A stretch of DNA of 64,000 nucleotides from an uncultured Chloroflexia bacterium (GCA_963729175.1 CAVSMY010000010.1:491262-555261); one strand, 5' to 3'; counted from the stretch's first letter, positions 12,701 to 22,919 are shown. Notes: generated by a model from the letters alone, not told the origin. Made by a program: numbers and translations.

Positions 12701-13032
12701 CGAGGCCGGGACCGGCAGCGACATCCCGGACGCTGGCGAGTTCGTCGGCAACATGGGCTGGCTGACCTGGCTCGGGACCCCGGCCCTCCGTGAGATCGAC
12801 CGGATCCTGACGCTGTCCGGGCAGCAGCGGCTCGCCGCTGCGAACGTCCTGACCGCGACCATGACGGACTCCCACATCGTCATCCCGTACTCGAGCGACG
12901 TGAATGCGGACTACTTCGGCGGGAGCATCGGGTGCGGGATCGATCCAGCCGGCGATCGGCGCGGTCGACCTGCTGACACTCTGCCGGACGGGGTCGGCCC
13001 AGCCATCTCCTGGGCCGAGCGCCAGCCCGTGA
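9747..13032 (+). CDS. Class III nucleotide cyclase - TM - beta-propeller - family 5 solute-binding domain fusion (probable +1 frameshift near 12937)
   Basis: TFLIADIRGYT, ELRGD, NLAARL; TM helix; GSVW/RIDP propeller repeats; YTFTIRPG, GSGPYY, IREAVALALDR. Removing one G gives a protein-like end GCGSIQPAIGAVDLLTLC with stop at 13032. Confidence 0.85.
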
Positions 13033-13038
13033 ACGCCA

Positions 13039-13611
13039 TCAGGGCCCGCGCCTGAACTCCTCGGCTCGGAGCGCCATCCGGATCACATCCCACCGCCGAC
13101 CTTCGCGCTCGATCCGCCCTCGACGCCGGCCGGTCTCCCGGAAGCCGAAGCGACGGTAGAGGCGGCGGGCGACCGTGTTGTACGCGAAGACATCGAGCCC
13201 GATCGCCGACAGCCCGAGCTCATCGAACCCGTACGCGAGCATCTGTCGCGAGGCATCCCGACCGAACCCGTGACCTCGGTCCTCCGGTGACCCGATCAGG
13301 ATCCTGAACGTCGCCAGGCGCTCCGCGGGGTCGAACGCGGTCAGGCTGGCCACTCCGATCGGCCGGTCCAGGTCATCCGACCGGTAGATCAGGCGGAACA
13401 CGGCAGCCGACTCCCGCAACTGCTCGTCGAACCATGCCCGCTCGTCCGCGGCGGATCGCGCCTGAGGCGCTCCGAAGACACCCCAGCCGACATCGGGATC
13501 GTTCACCCAGGCGGCGTGAAGGTCGAACAGGTCCGCTCGCAACGGCCGCAGGACGGTCAGGCCGGCACATGCGGCGGTCCCCGATGGACCGGAGGTGCTA
13601 GCCGCCCGCAC
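13039..13611 (-). CDS. GNAT acetyltransferase, RimJ/RimL-like
   Basis: RGHGFG, YGFDELGL, LDVFAYNTVARRLYRRFGFRETGRRR. Start uncertain. Confidence 0.85.
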   Translation of the reverse strand: MRAASTSGPSGTAACAGLTVLRPLRADLFDLHAAWVNDPDVGWGVFGAPQARSAADERAWFDEQLRESAAVFRLIYRSDDLDRPIGVASLTAFDPAERLATFRILIGSPEDRGHGFGRDASRQMLAYGFDELGLSAIGLDVFAYNTVARRLYRRFGFRETGRRRGRIEREGRRWDVIRMALRAEEFRRGP

Positions 13612-16600
13612 TGAGGCGCGCCACGACCGCCTGGGTCAGCGTCCACGACTTCGCCGGGTCGCGGGGCAGCCGGATCCTCACCTGGTTGCTCGCGAAGGTC
13701 AGGTCGCCGGGGCGCACCCCCGGCAGCACCGACTGGCCGCTGAAGCCGCCAAGGAGCTGCATCGCCGTCGCCCGCGACAGGCTCGCGCCGAACCGGACGA
13801 TGAGCAGGCCGTCCTCGCGCGAGATCGACGAGACGCCCGCGGACTCGGCCACGAGTCGCAGCTCGGCGACCTCGACGAGCCGCTGGACGGGCGTCGGGAG
13901 CGGCCCGAACCGGTCGACCAGCTCCTGGCGGAACGCGGCGACGTCGCCGGGGTGGCGCGCCCGGGCCAGCCGCCGATACAGCTCGAGCTTCTGGGCCTCG
14001 TCGGGCACGTAGTCGTCTGGCAGGTGGGCCTCGAGCGGCAGGTCGAGCACCGCCTGGGGCCGCTCGAGGACCGGCGTCCGGCCCTCGTGGTGCGCCTTGC
14101 GCTCCTCGACCGCCTCGGCAAGCAGCCGCGAGTACAGGTCGAACCCGACGGCCGCCATGTGGCCCGATTGCTCACCGCCCAGGATGTTGCCGGCGCCGCG
14201 GATCTCGAGGTCCGCGAGGGCGATCTGGAAGCCGGCTCCGAGCTCGGAGGCGTTGAAGATCGCCTGCAGCCTCTTGCGGGCCTCGTCGCTCATCCGCTCC
14301 CGGCGGCGGTACAGGAGATACGCGTACGCCCGCCGAGCCGAGCGGCCGACCCGACCGCGGAGCTGATACAGCTGGGCGAGCCCGAGCGCATCGGCCCGGT
14401 CGATGATGATCGTGTTGGCGTTGGGGATGTCGAGGCCCGACTCGATGATCGTCGTGCAGACCAGGACGTCGGCATCGCCCGCCGCGAACCCGGTCATGAC
14501 CTTCTCGAGCGCGCCCTCGGTCATCTGGCCGTGCCCGACGACGATCCGGGCATCGGGCAGCATCCGCCGGATCTGCTCGGCCTGGGGCTCGATCGTCTCG
14601 ACCCTGTTGTGGACGTAGAAGACCTGGCCGCCGCGGTCGAGCTCGCGCAGGATCGCATCGCGGACCAGCCCGGCCGAGGCCTCCGCGACCCGCGTCTGGA
14701 TCGGCAGGCGGTCCTCCGGCGGCGTCTCGATGACCGACAGGTCGCGGACGCCGGCAAGGGCCAGGTTCAACGTCCGCGGGATCGGGGTGGCCGACAGGGT
14801 CAGGACGTCGACCTCGCGACGAAGGCGCTTCAACCGCTCCTTCGCGGCGACGCCGAAGCGCTGCTCCTCGTCGACGACGACGAGTCCGAGGTCCCGGAAC
14901 GCCACGTCCTTCGAGAGCAGCCGGTGGGTCCCGATGACCAGATCGACCGACCCGTCGGCCAGGCCCACGAGCGTCCGCTCCTGGTCGGACCCCGAGACGA
15001 ACCGCGAGAGGAGCCGGACGGTCGTCGGGAACGCGCCGAGGCGCTGGCTGAATGTCCGGTGGTGCTGGTCGGCGAGGATGGTCGTCGGGACGAGGACGGC
15101 GACCTGACGGCCATCCTGGATCGCCTTGAACGCGGCCCGCAGCGCGACCTCGGTCTTGCCATAGCCGACGTCGCCGACGACGAGGCGGTCCATGGGCCGG
15201 CCCGCCTCCATGTCGGACTTCGTCTCGGCGATCGCGCGCAGCTGGTCGGGTGTCTCCTCGTACGGGAAGGACGCCTCGAGCTCGGCCTGCCAGGGCGTGT
15301 CGGGGCTGAAGGCGTGGCCCGGGGCGTCGGCGCGCGCGGCGTAGAGGGCGAGCAGCTCCTCGGCCAGGTCGTCGACCGCCTTGCGGACCCGCTGCTTCGT
15401 CCGCTGCCAGTCGGTGCCGCCGAGCCGCGAGAGCTGGGGGCGCTCGCCGCCCGAGTAGCGCGATACCCGGGCGATCTGCTCGACCGGGACGAAGATCCGG
15501 TCGCCGGCCGCGAACGACAGCTCGAGGAAGTCGCGATCGTCGCCCGTGCCGCCGCTCCGTCGGAGCATCTGCTCGTAGCGGGCGATGCCGTGGTCGATGT
15601 GGACCACGAGGTCGCCAGGGGTGAGCCGCTCGAGGATGTCACGCGGCACGACCCGTCGGAGGGCCTTCGGCCGTCGGACGCGGACCGAGCCGAAGAGCTC
15701 GCGATCGGTCACCAGGACCAGGCCGTCCGGACCACCCGCGAACCCGCCGTTGAGGCTCCGCTCGACGAGGCTGACCGAACCGGGCGGCGGTGCCTCGCGG
15801 ATCCGGAGGGTCGGGCCGGCGGGATGACCCGCCTCGGACAGCAGCTCGGCCAGCCGGGGCGCCTGGTCGGACGCCAGGATGACCCGGGCGCCATCCTCGA
15901 ACCAGCCCTCGATCGCCTGACCCAGCCGGGCCGAGCGAGCCGGCGGCAGGGTCGGCTCGCGCCAGCCGAACGCGTCGCCGGCGCTGAGCCCGCCAGCCGC
16001 CATCGAGGCGCCTTCGGGCGGGTCGGTCTCCCAGGTCAGCTCGAGGGTCCGGGCACCGAGCAGGCGGGCCTTCCAGTCCCGTGGCGGAAGGTACGTCACC
16101 GGCCAGTCCTTCGGCAGCTCGCCGGCCGCGACCAGCTCGTCCCGCCGCTCATCCGCCTGACGCCACAGGAACGCGGCCGCGTCGGCGACATCGCCGGGCT
16201 CATCGAGGACGATGAGCGTCTCGGCGGCAAGGTGATCGAGACCGGTCGCGGGCGCGATGAGCGGCGCCCAGATCTCGGCCGCGTCGCCGATCGCCAGGGC
16301 TCGGTCAGTCGTCTCCCTGGGGCCGCGGGTGGCGTCGCCGCCGGCGCCATCCCTGCCGGCACCGTGCCCGCCGGCACCGTGCCCGCCGGCGCCGTCCCCG
16401 GTGAGCCGGGCCAGGTCGGCGGCGAGCCGCTCGGGCAGTCGCGCGGCCCGCCGGCCGAGCCGCTCCTCGAGGACGGCATCGCCGCCCTCGGGTCGGAGGA
16501 ACTCGGTCGCCGGCAGGAGGGTGATCTCGTCGACCGGGCCGATCGTCCGCTGGTCGGCCGGGTCGAACCGCCGGAGCGAGTCGACCTCGTCGCCGAAGAG

Positions 16601-17512
16601 CTCGATGCGGATCGGCAGCTCGGCCGACGGCGGGAACAGGTCGACGATGCCGCCACGGCGGGCGAACTCGCCGCGGCCGGCGACCTCGAGGACGGGCTGG
16701 TAGCCGGCGGCCAGGAGCTCGCGGAGGAAGACGGCCTGGTCGAGTCGCGCCCCGGTCCGGAGCCGTCGCGGCTCTGCGGGCAGATCGGCGGGCGCGATCG
16801 TGTGCTGGAGCAGGGCCTGGACGCTGGCGACGAGGACGCGCGCGGCACCGCTGCGCCAGGCCGAGAGGGCCGCGACGCGCGCGGCGGTCTCATCCGGCAC
16901 GAGCTCGCTCCGCTCGTAGGCCAGCGCCGTCCGCGGCTCGAGCACGGACACGACGCCGGGATCGCCGAGCCATGCCCCGAGCTCCTCGGCCACGCGATCG
17001 CCGATCTCCGCGTCACGAACGATCCAGCAGATGTCCTCGCCGGCGCCGACCAGCGCCGCGATGAGATAGCTCTTCGCTCCGTGGGGCACGGACGTCACCG
17101 AGGCATGCCGACCGCGGGGACGGGACGGCTCCTCGGGCCGGCCGAGTCGATCGCGCAGGTCGTCGAAGGCACCGGTCGTCCCGACGAGCCCGGGCAGCCC
17201 GGACAGGTCCGGCACGCGGCGACCGGCGCGGGGCCCGTCCGGCCGACCGACGATCCGGGCCGCCGCCTCACGGTCGTGGGCCACGCGCTCCTGATCGCGC
17301 GTCTCCCGGACCTGGATCTCCGCCTCGCGCGCTTCGCGCTCGCGGGCGAGCTCGACCTCCGCCTCGGCGCTCGCGCGGTCGAGGTCGACCTCGGCCTCGG
17401 CGCGCTCCGCCGCCGCGCGGCGCTCGGCCCATTCGAGGGCCACCTTCTCGGCGAGTCGGCGCTCGCGGGTCGTCCGCCCTCGGATCGGCTCGCCGGCTCG
17501 GCGTTCGGTCAT
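13598..17512 (-). CDS. mfd: Transcription-repair coupling factor
   Basis: RGGIVDLFP, GDLVVHIDHGIARY, GDVGYGKTEVALRAAF, DEEQRFGV, SATPIPRTL, QLRGRVGR, DLEIRGAGNILG. Confidence 0.97.
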   Translation of the reverse strand: MTERRAGEPIRGRTTRERRLAEKVALEWAERRAAAERAEAEVDLDRASAEAEVELAREREAREAEIQVRETRDQERVAHDREAAARIVGRPDGPRAGRRVPDLSGLPGLVGTTGAFDDLRDRLGRPEEPSRPRGRHASVTSVPHGAKSYLIAALVGAGEDICWIVRDAEIGDRVAEELGAWLGDPGVVSVLEPRTALAYERSELVPDETAARVAALSAWRSGAARVLVASVQALLQHTIAPADLPAEPRRLRTGARLDQAVFLRELLAAGYQPVLEVAGRGEFARRGGIVDLFPPSAELPIRIELFGDEVDSLRRFDPADQRTIGPVDEITLLPATEFLRPEGGDAVLEERLGRRAARLPERLAADLARLTGDGAGGHGAGGHGAGRDGAGGDATRGPRETTDRALAIGDAAEIWAPLIAPATGLDHLAAETLIVLDEPGDVADAAAFLWRQADERRDELVAAGELPKDWPVTYLPPRDWKARLLGARTLELTWETDPPEGASMAAGGLSAGDAFGWREPTLPPARSARLGQAIEGWFEDGARVILASDQAPRLAELLSEAGHPAGPTLRIREAPPPGSVSLVERSLNGGFAGGPDGLVLVTDRELFGSVRVRRPKALRRVVPRDILERLTPGDLVVHIDHGIARYEQMLRRSGGTGDDRDFLELSFAAGDRIFVPVEQIARVSRYSGGERPQLSRLGGTDWQRTKQRVRKAVDDLAEELLALYAARADAPGHAFSPDTPWQAELEASFPYEETPDQLRAIAETKSDMEAGRPMDRLVVGDVGYGKTEVALRAAFKAIQDGRQVAVLVPTTILADQHHRTFSQRLGAFPTTVRLLSRFVSGSDQERTLVGLADGSVDLVIGTHRLLSKDVAFRDLGLVVVDEEQRFGVAAKERLKRLRREVDVLTLSATPIPRTLNLALAGVRDLSVIETPPEDRLPIQTRVAEASAGLVRDAILRELDRGGQVFYVHNRVETIEPQAEQIRRMLPDARIVVGHGQMTEGALEKVMTGFAAGDADVLVCTTIIESGLDIPNANTIIIDRADALGLAQLYQLRGRVGRSARRAYAYLLYRRRERMSDEARKRLQAIFNASELGAGFQIALADLEIRGAGNILGGEQSGHMAAVGFDLYSRLLAEAVEERKAHHEGRTPVLERPQAVLDLPLEAHLPDDYVPDEAQKLELYRRLARARHPGDVAAFRQELVDRFGPLPTPVQRLVEVAELRLVAESAGVSSISREDGLLIVRFGASLSRATAMQLLGGFSGQSVLPGVRPGDLTFASNQVRIRLPRDPAKSWTLTQAVVARLSAGG

Positions 17513-17574
17513 CGTCGATCGCCCGTCATCGTCGGTCGCCCGTCATCGTCGGTCGCCCGTCATCGTCGCTCGCC
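17508..17574 (-). repeat. 17-bp tandem repeat x4 encoding three chained MTGDRR* minigenes between pth and mfd
   Basis: Unit ATGACGGGCGACCGACG; ATGs at 17563, 17546, 17529 and 17512 (mfd), each overlapped by the previous TGA. Confidence 0.9.
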
Positions 17575-18258
17575 GTCCTTCGGCTCGGATCGGCGGACGA
17601 GCCGCCAGCCGGTCTTCGTGCGGCGCACGCCGTCGGCTCCGGGCGGCCCATCGACCTCGCCCGGCGCCGCGGTCCGGGTCGGATCGGCAGGCCGAAGCTC
17701 GAACGTGTTGAAGCGGTTCGCGGCCTTGTTCGTGCCGTCCCGGGCCCAGGCCTCGACCGCGTCAGCAGCGGCGTCGAGGAGCTCGTCGAGGCGGTCACGC
17801 TCGTCGGGCTGGAACTGCGCGAGGACGTGGTCGACGAACCGGTCGTCCGGCGCGCCGATGCCCACGCGGAGACGGCTGAACTGCTCGTTCGAGAGCTCGT
17901 TGATGATCGACCGGAGCCCGTTGTGGCCGCCCGGCCCACCACCCTCGCGGAAGCGAAGCTTGCCGAACGGCAGGTTGAAGTCGTCGGCGACGACGAGCAG
18001 GTCGGACATCACCACGTGGTGGCGGACGAGGAGCTTGCGGACCGCGATGCCCGAGTCGTTCATGTAGGTCAACGGCTTCGCGAGCACGAGGTCGAGCCCG
18101 CGGTAGCGACCCTGGGCGACCGAAGACGCGTCCCGCTCCCGGCCGTGACCGCGCCACCCGGCACGGTCGGCGAGCCGGTCGAGGACCATCCAGCCGATGT
18201 TGTGCCGGGTCTCCGCGTACTGGGTGCCCGGGTTCCCCAGGCCCACCACGAGCTTCAC
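17560..18258 (-). CDS. pth: Peptidyl-tRNA hydrolase
   Basis: GTG after GGAGGT; KLVVGLGNPG, TRHNIG, KPLTYMNDSG, GGHNGLRSI, RLRVGIG. Confidence 0.96.
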   Translation of the reverse strand: MKLVVGLGNPGTQYAETRHNIGWMVLDRLADRAGWRGHGRERDASSVAQGRYRGLDLVLAKPLTYMNDSGIAVRKLLVRHHVVMSDLLVVADDFNLPFGKLRFREGGGPGGHNGLRSIINELSNEQFSRLRVGIGAPDDRFVDHVLAQFQPDERDRLDELLDAAADAVEAWARDGTNKAANRFNTFELRPADPTRTAAPGEVDGPPGADGVRRTKTGWRLVRRSEPKDGERR

Positions 18259-18382
18259 ACCACCTCCGAACACGCGGACAGGCCCCGGACCACCGAGTCC
18301 GGGGCAGGTGACCGATGGTACCGCGGGACCGGCCGTCGGACACTTGGGCTTCAGCCGGTCTTCTTTCTAGACTCGAACGGCC

Positions 18383-20729
18383 ATGTCCGTCGCCCGTCGC
18401 GCTCAGCTCATCCTCGGCGGGGCGCTCCTGCCATTCACGATCACGGGGCTCGTCCTCGGTCTTCTCGCTGCCGGGGCCGGTCGGGATGACCTGGCGAGGC
18501 TCTGCTGGGTCGCCCCGTCGATCGTCGTCGGCCTCCGGCTCGCGTGGTCGATCGTCCGCGACCTCATCGCCGGCAAGGCAGGCGTCGACATCGTGGCCTT
18601 GCTGGCGATCGGCGGCGCCGTGCTCCTCGGCGAGGACCTGGCCGCCTCGGTCATCGCCGTGATGCTCGCGACCGGCGAGGCGCTGGAGGCATATGCCGAG
18701 GGTCGCGCCCGCCGCGAGCTGTCGGCCCTGCTGGGCCGGGCTCCGAGGACCGCGGCGCGCTATGTGGACGCCGGCCTGGAGACGGTCCCGCTCGACGGCG
18801 TCGCCATCGGCGACCGGCTGCTCGTGAAGCCCGGCGAGGTCGTGCCGGTGGACGGCCTCATCGTCGGCTCGTCGGCGACGCTCGACGAGTCGGCGATCAC
18901 GGGCGAGTCGCGCCTGGTGTCCCGGGAGGCCGGCGAGATGGTCTCGTCGGGCGTCGTCAATGCCGGCTCGCCGTTCGACCTTCGGGCGATCGCGACGGCC
19001 GCCGATAGCACCTATGCAGGGATCGTCCGGCTGGTCGAGGAGGCCCAGGCGTCCAAGGCGCCGTTCGTGCGGCTCGCCGATCGCTACGCCCTGTTCTTTG
19101 TCCCGCTCACGCTGGTCATCGCCGGTGCGGCCTGGCTCGCGAGCGGAGACCCGGTCCGCGCTCTTGCGGTCCTTGTGGTGGCGACCCCGTGCCCGCTCCT
19201 GCTCGCGGCGCCGATCGCGATCGTGGCCGGCATCTCGCGCGCCGCCCGCCGGGGCGTGATCGTCAAGGGCGGCGGTGCGCTGGAGGCGCTCGGCCGCGCA
19301 CGGGTCCTTCTGTTCGACAAGACCGGGACGCTGACGGCCGGTCGGCCGCGGCTCGCCGCTGTCGAGATCGGGGATCAGATCGACGCCGACGAGGTCCTCC
19401 GGCTCGCGGCGTCGGTCGAGCAGCTGTCACCACATGTCCTCGCAGGAGCCATCGTCCACGCGGCCCATCTGCGGGACCTGGAGCTGGCGATGCCCGAGGC
19501 GGTCGACGAGGTCCACGGCGCCGGCGTCGGCGGCCGGGTGGAAGGTCGGCCCGTCCTCGTCGGTTCGCTCGAGCACGCGCGCGGTGACGGGCCACTCCCG
19601 GGCTGGGCCCGGGACCTCCGCCGGCGCTCGATCGTCGAGGGGACGACGAACGTCTACGTCGCCGTCGACGGGGCCCTGGCCGGGGCGCTGGTCCTGGACG
19701 ACCCGATCCGACCCGAGACGCCGCGGGCCATCCGGGCCCTCCGCCGGATCGGCTTCACCCGGATCGTCATGGTCACTGGCGACCACGCCTCGGTCGCGGA
19801 GATCGTGGGCTCGGCCATCGGTGTCGATGCGGTCCTCGCCGAGCGGACGCCGGCCGAGAAGGTCGACGCCGTCCGGACCGAGCGGGCCGACGCGCAGACC
19901 GCGGTCGTCATGGTCGGCGACGGGATCAATGACGCGCCGGCCCTCGCCGTGGCCGACGTCGGCGTCGCGATGGGCGCCAGAGGCGCGACCGCCTCGTCCG
20001 AGGCCGCCGACGTCGTCATCACGGTCGACCGGCTCGACCGCCTGGCGGATGTCGTCGGCATCGCCCGGCATTCGCGCTCGATCGCCCTGCAGAGCGTCAT
20101 CTTCGGGATGGGCCTGTCGATCGTGGCGATGATCGTCGCCGCATTCGGCTTCCTGCCCGTCGTCGCTGGCGCGATCCTCCAGGAGGCGATCGACGTCGCG
20201 GCGATCCTCAACGCCCTGCGGGCCGTCCGCGGTGGCGTCCCGGCCCCGATCCGGGTAGCCGGCTGGACAGGGATGGCGGGCTCGCCTCGAGTCGGAGCAC
20301 CGCGAGCTGGCCGGTCACGGCGCGATGATCCGCGCGACCGCCGACCACCTCGATACGCTCTCCGGTCCGGGTGCCCTCGAAGCCTTGGCGAGCGTCCGCG
20401 CCTTCCTCGTCGGCGAGCTCGTCCCGCACGAGGAGGACGAGGACCGGACGGTCTATCCGATGCTCACCGCCGCGGCCGGCTCGGACGACCTGACGGCGAC
20501 CCTCCACCGGACCCATGTCGAGATCTTCCGGCTGGTCCGGCTCCTTGACAGGCTCGTGGACGACCTGCCCGAGGACGGACCGACCGCCGACGACCGGACC
20601 GACCTGCGGCGGATCCTCTACGGCCTTGACGCGATCCTCCGCCTCCATATGGCCCAGGAGGAGGAGCTGTACGCGTCCCTCGGCGATGAGAGCGGGTCTG
20701 CCCGATCGACCGAGCCGGCGGCGGCCTGA
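18383..20729 (+). CDS. P1B-5-type heavy-metal P-type ATPase with C-terminal hemerythrin domain (+1 frameshift near 20279)
   Basis: TGES, ATPCP, DKTGT, GDGINDAPALA, QEAID. Deleting one G joins MAARLESEHRE...PHEEDED...H...LHMAQEEE (ORF 20325..20729). Span 2347 nt = 3n+1. Confidence 0.88.
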
Positions 20730-20834
20730 CTGGTCAGCGAGAAAGCTTCAGAGACGCGTCGACGACCGCGACGAGATCGTCCACGTCGGCTGGTGGGGAC
20801 CGCGACAGATCTCGACGTCTGACAGGCTCGACCG

Positions 20835-21341
20835 TCAGCCCAGGATCCGTCGCTCGAGGGCGCGCATCTGCGCTGCCTCGGTCGGCTCGGCGTGGTCGTA
20901 GCCGCAGACATGAAGCGTGCCGTGGACGACGAGCAGTCGGAGCTCGTCGGCCGGCGACCAACGGATGTCGCCGGTCTGGCCGCCCCGGCCCGCCTCGGCC
21001 TGCGCGATCGCGCGTTCTACGGAGACGACGATGTCCCCGAGGTGCGGCCGGCGACCCGGCGGCAGGACGAAGGCCGGGCCGGGATCTCCGCTCGCCATGG
21101 GTCCGAAGAGCGGGAACGAGAGGACGTCGGTCGGGCCCTCGTGACCCAAGTGGCGCTCGTTGAGGTCGGCGAGCTCAGCGTCGTCGGAGAGGATCAGGCC
21201 GATCGATGCGGGCGCCGGCGCCTCGACGGTCCGCAGTGTCAGGGCGACAACATCCGCGAGCCGCGTCGCCGGCACGAGTCGCGGCACGCCGTCGCGACGC
21301 TCGATGTCGATGCGCCAGGGGGGACGGTGGAGCCGCGGCAT
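20835..21341 (-). CDS. ybeY: rRNA maturation endoribonuclease YbeY
   Basis: LNERH...PTDVLSF, LGDIVVS, HGTLHVCGYDH. Confidence 0.95.
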   Translation of the reverse strand: MPRLHRPPWRIDIERRDGVPRLVPATRLADVVALTLRTVEAPAPASIGLILSDDAELADLNERHLGHEGPTDVLSFPLFGPMASGDPGPAFVLPPGRRPHLGDIVVSVERAIAQAEAGRGGQTGDIRWSPADELRLLVVHGTLHVCGYDHAEPTEAAQMRALERRILG

Positions 21342-21376
21342 CGCATCACGGTACCGGAGCCGGGTAGCCTCTCGGG

Positions 21377-22663
21377 ATGGACGCCGACGTCGTCGTCATC
21401 GGTGCCGGGCTGGCTGGCCTGACGGCGGCACGCGACCTGCGGGACCGCGGTCGGCGGGTCGTCGTCCTCGAGGCGCGCGACCGGATCGGTGGTCGCACCT
21501 GGAGCGGGACCCTCGCCGCGACGGACACCCTCGTCGAGTTCGGCGGCTCGTGGGTCCTGCCCGACGACCAGCCCGCGGTCGCCGCCGAGATCGTCCGCTA
21601 CGGGCTCACGATGGAGGCGACGCCGGCCGCCGAGTCGTGGGCCTGCCGGCTCGACGGCCGTCTCCTCACCGGAGCCGACGCCCGCGAGACGATGCGGGTC
21701 GCCGTCGACGCGCTCGAGCCGCATTTCGCCGCGCTGACAGCGGCCGCCGAGGTCGCAAGTGCGACCGGCGATCCCGCCGCCCTCGCAGCGCTCGACATCC
21801 CGGTCACGCAGTGGCTCGACGCACTCGATCTGCCGGCCGATTCCCGCGCGATGGCGCTGTCGTTCTCCGCGGCGATGGGCGGCGGCCGGCCCGAGCGGAT
21901 GTCGGCGCTCGGGCTGTTCAGCGACCTCGACGAAGCCGGCTACCGCATCGACGACGGCTGGTCCAGCGTCGGTGACATGTTCGTCGGCGGCACGCGCACC
22001 CTGGTGACGGCGATCGCCGACGGCCTCGAGATCCATCGCGGTCGTGTCGTTCGGCGGGTCACCGTCGGCGACGACGGCGTGGAGGTCGGCCTCGACGGGG
22101 GTACGAAGTGGACCGCGTCGGCTTCGATCCTCGCCGTGCCGCTCAACGTCTGGCGCGACATCGCGATCGAGCCGGCGCTTCCCGGCGCGAAGGCGCGCGC
22201 CGCCGCCGCGGGTCACCCGGGGACCTCGACGAAGATCCTCGCGGTCGCGACCGGCATCCCGACCCAGCTCTCGGCCGCGGGCTGGGGGACTCGGGTCCAG
22301 GCCATGCGGGCATTCCGACCGGTCGGCGACGGCCAGTTGGTCGTCGGGTTCAGCGGCGAATCAACGTTCGATCCGGCAGACACCGCTCTCGTGCTGGAGG
22401 CGATCCGCGAGTTCGCCCCCGATGCCCAGGTCGTCGCGTCGGGCGGCCACGACTGGAACGCCGATCCGTTCGCGCGCGGTGCGTGGTTCGCACCACCGGC
22501 GGGCGCGACCGCGGACGGGACGCTCGCCGAGCTCGAGCGACCGTGCGGGCGATTGGCATTCGCGACTTCGGACGTCTCGCCCGATGGCGCGGGCTGGATC
22601 GAGGGCGCGATCACGAGCGGCCACGCCGCGGCTCGCTCGGTCGAGGCAGTCCTCGGGTCCTGA
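21377..22663 (+). CDS. Flavin monoamine oxidase family protein
   Basis: VVVIGAGLAGLTAA, LEARDRIGGR, DWNADPFARGAW, GWIEGAITSG. Confidence 0.92.
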   Translation: MDADVVVIGAGLAGLTAARDLRDRGRRVVVLEARDRIGGRTWSGTLAATDTLVEFGGSWVLPDDQPAVAAEIVRYGLTMEATPAAESWACRLDGRLLTGADARETMRVAVDALEPHFAALTAAAEVASATGDPAALAALDIPVTQWLDALDLPADSRAMALSFSAAMGGGRPERMSALGLFSDLDEAGYRIDDGWSSVGDMFVGGTRTLVTAIADGLEIHRGRVVRRVTVGDDGVEVGLDGGTKWTASASILAVPLNVWRDIAIEPALPGAKARAAAAGHPGTSTKILAVATGIPTQLSAAGWGTRVQAMRAFRPVGDGQLVVGFSGESTFDPADTALVLEAIREFAPDAQVVASGGHDWNADPFARGAWFAPPAGATADGTLAELERPCGRLAFATSDVSPDGAGWIEGAITSGHAAARSVEAVLGS

Positions 22664-22693
22664 CGAGGCGGCGCCGCGCCAGGCAGGCCCGCG

Positions 22694-22913
22694 TTGCACG
22701 CCGCGCTGCCCGCGTTGCACGTGGTGCACGAACCGGAGGCGGTGGAGCGGTCGATGGCCCGTCTCGAGCACGATCGTTGCACGGGCTGCAAGAGATCGGA
22801 CGGTCGCGTCAATTCCTTGCACGCGGTGCAACAACCAGGTCATCCGAACGCCGGATCGGTCACTTCCATGCACCTGATACAACGCCGGGCCGGTTTCTTG
22901 CATGGGGTGCAAC
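22694..22913. repeat. Array of five TTGCA-N5-TGCAA palindromes plus one half-site
   Basis: Sites start at 22715, 22777, 22817, 22868 and 22898; half-site at 22694. Confidence 0.8.
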
Positions 22914-22919
22914 GCCCCA

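Noticed and set aside
13595-18067. Very long antisense ORFs (1490 aa here; also 47399..49633, 43889..45970, 2199..4310)
   Set aside because: Shadow frames typical of high-GC coding DNA; no motifs
22694-22913. CxxC-rich ORFs suggesting a zinc-finger protein, or a mini-CRISPR
   Set aside because: CxxC appears on both strands and in different frames because of the palindrome; repeats are only 15 bp with irregular spacers and there are no cas genes
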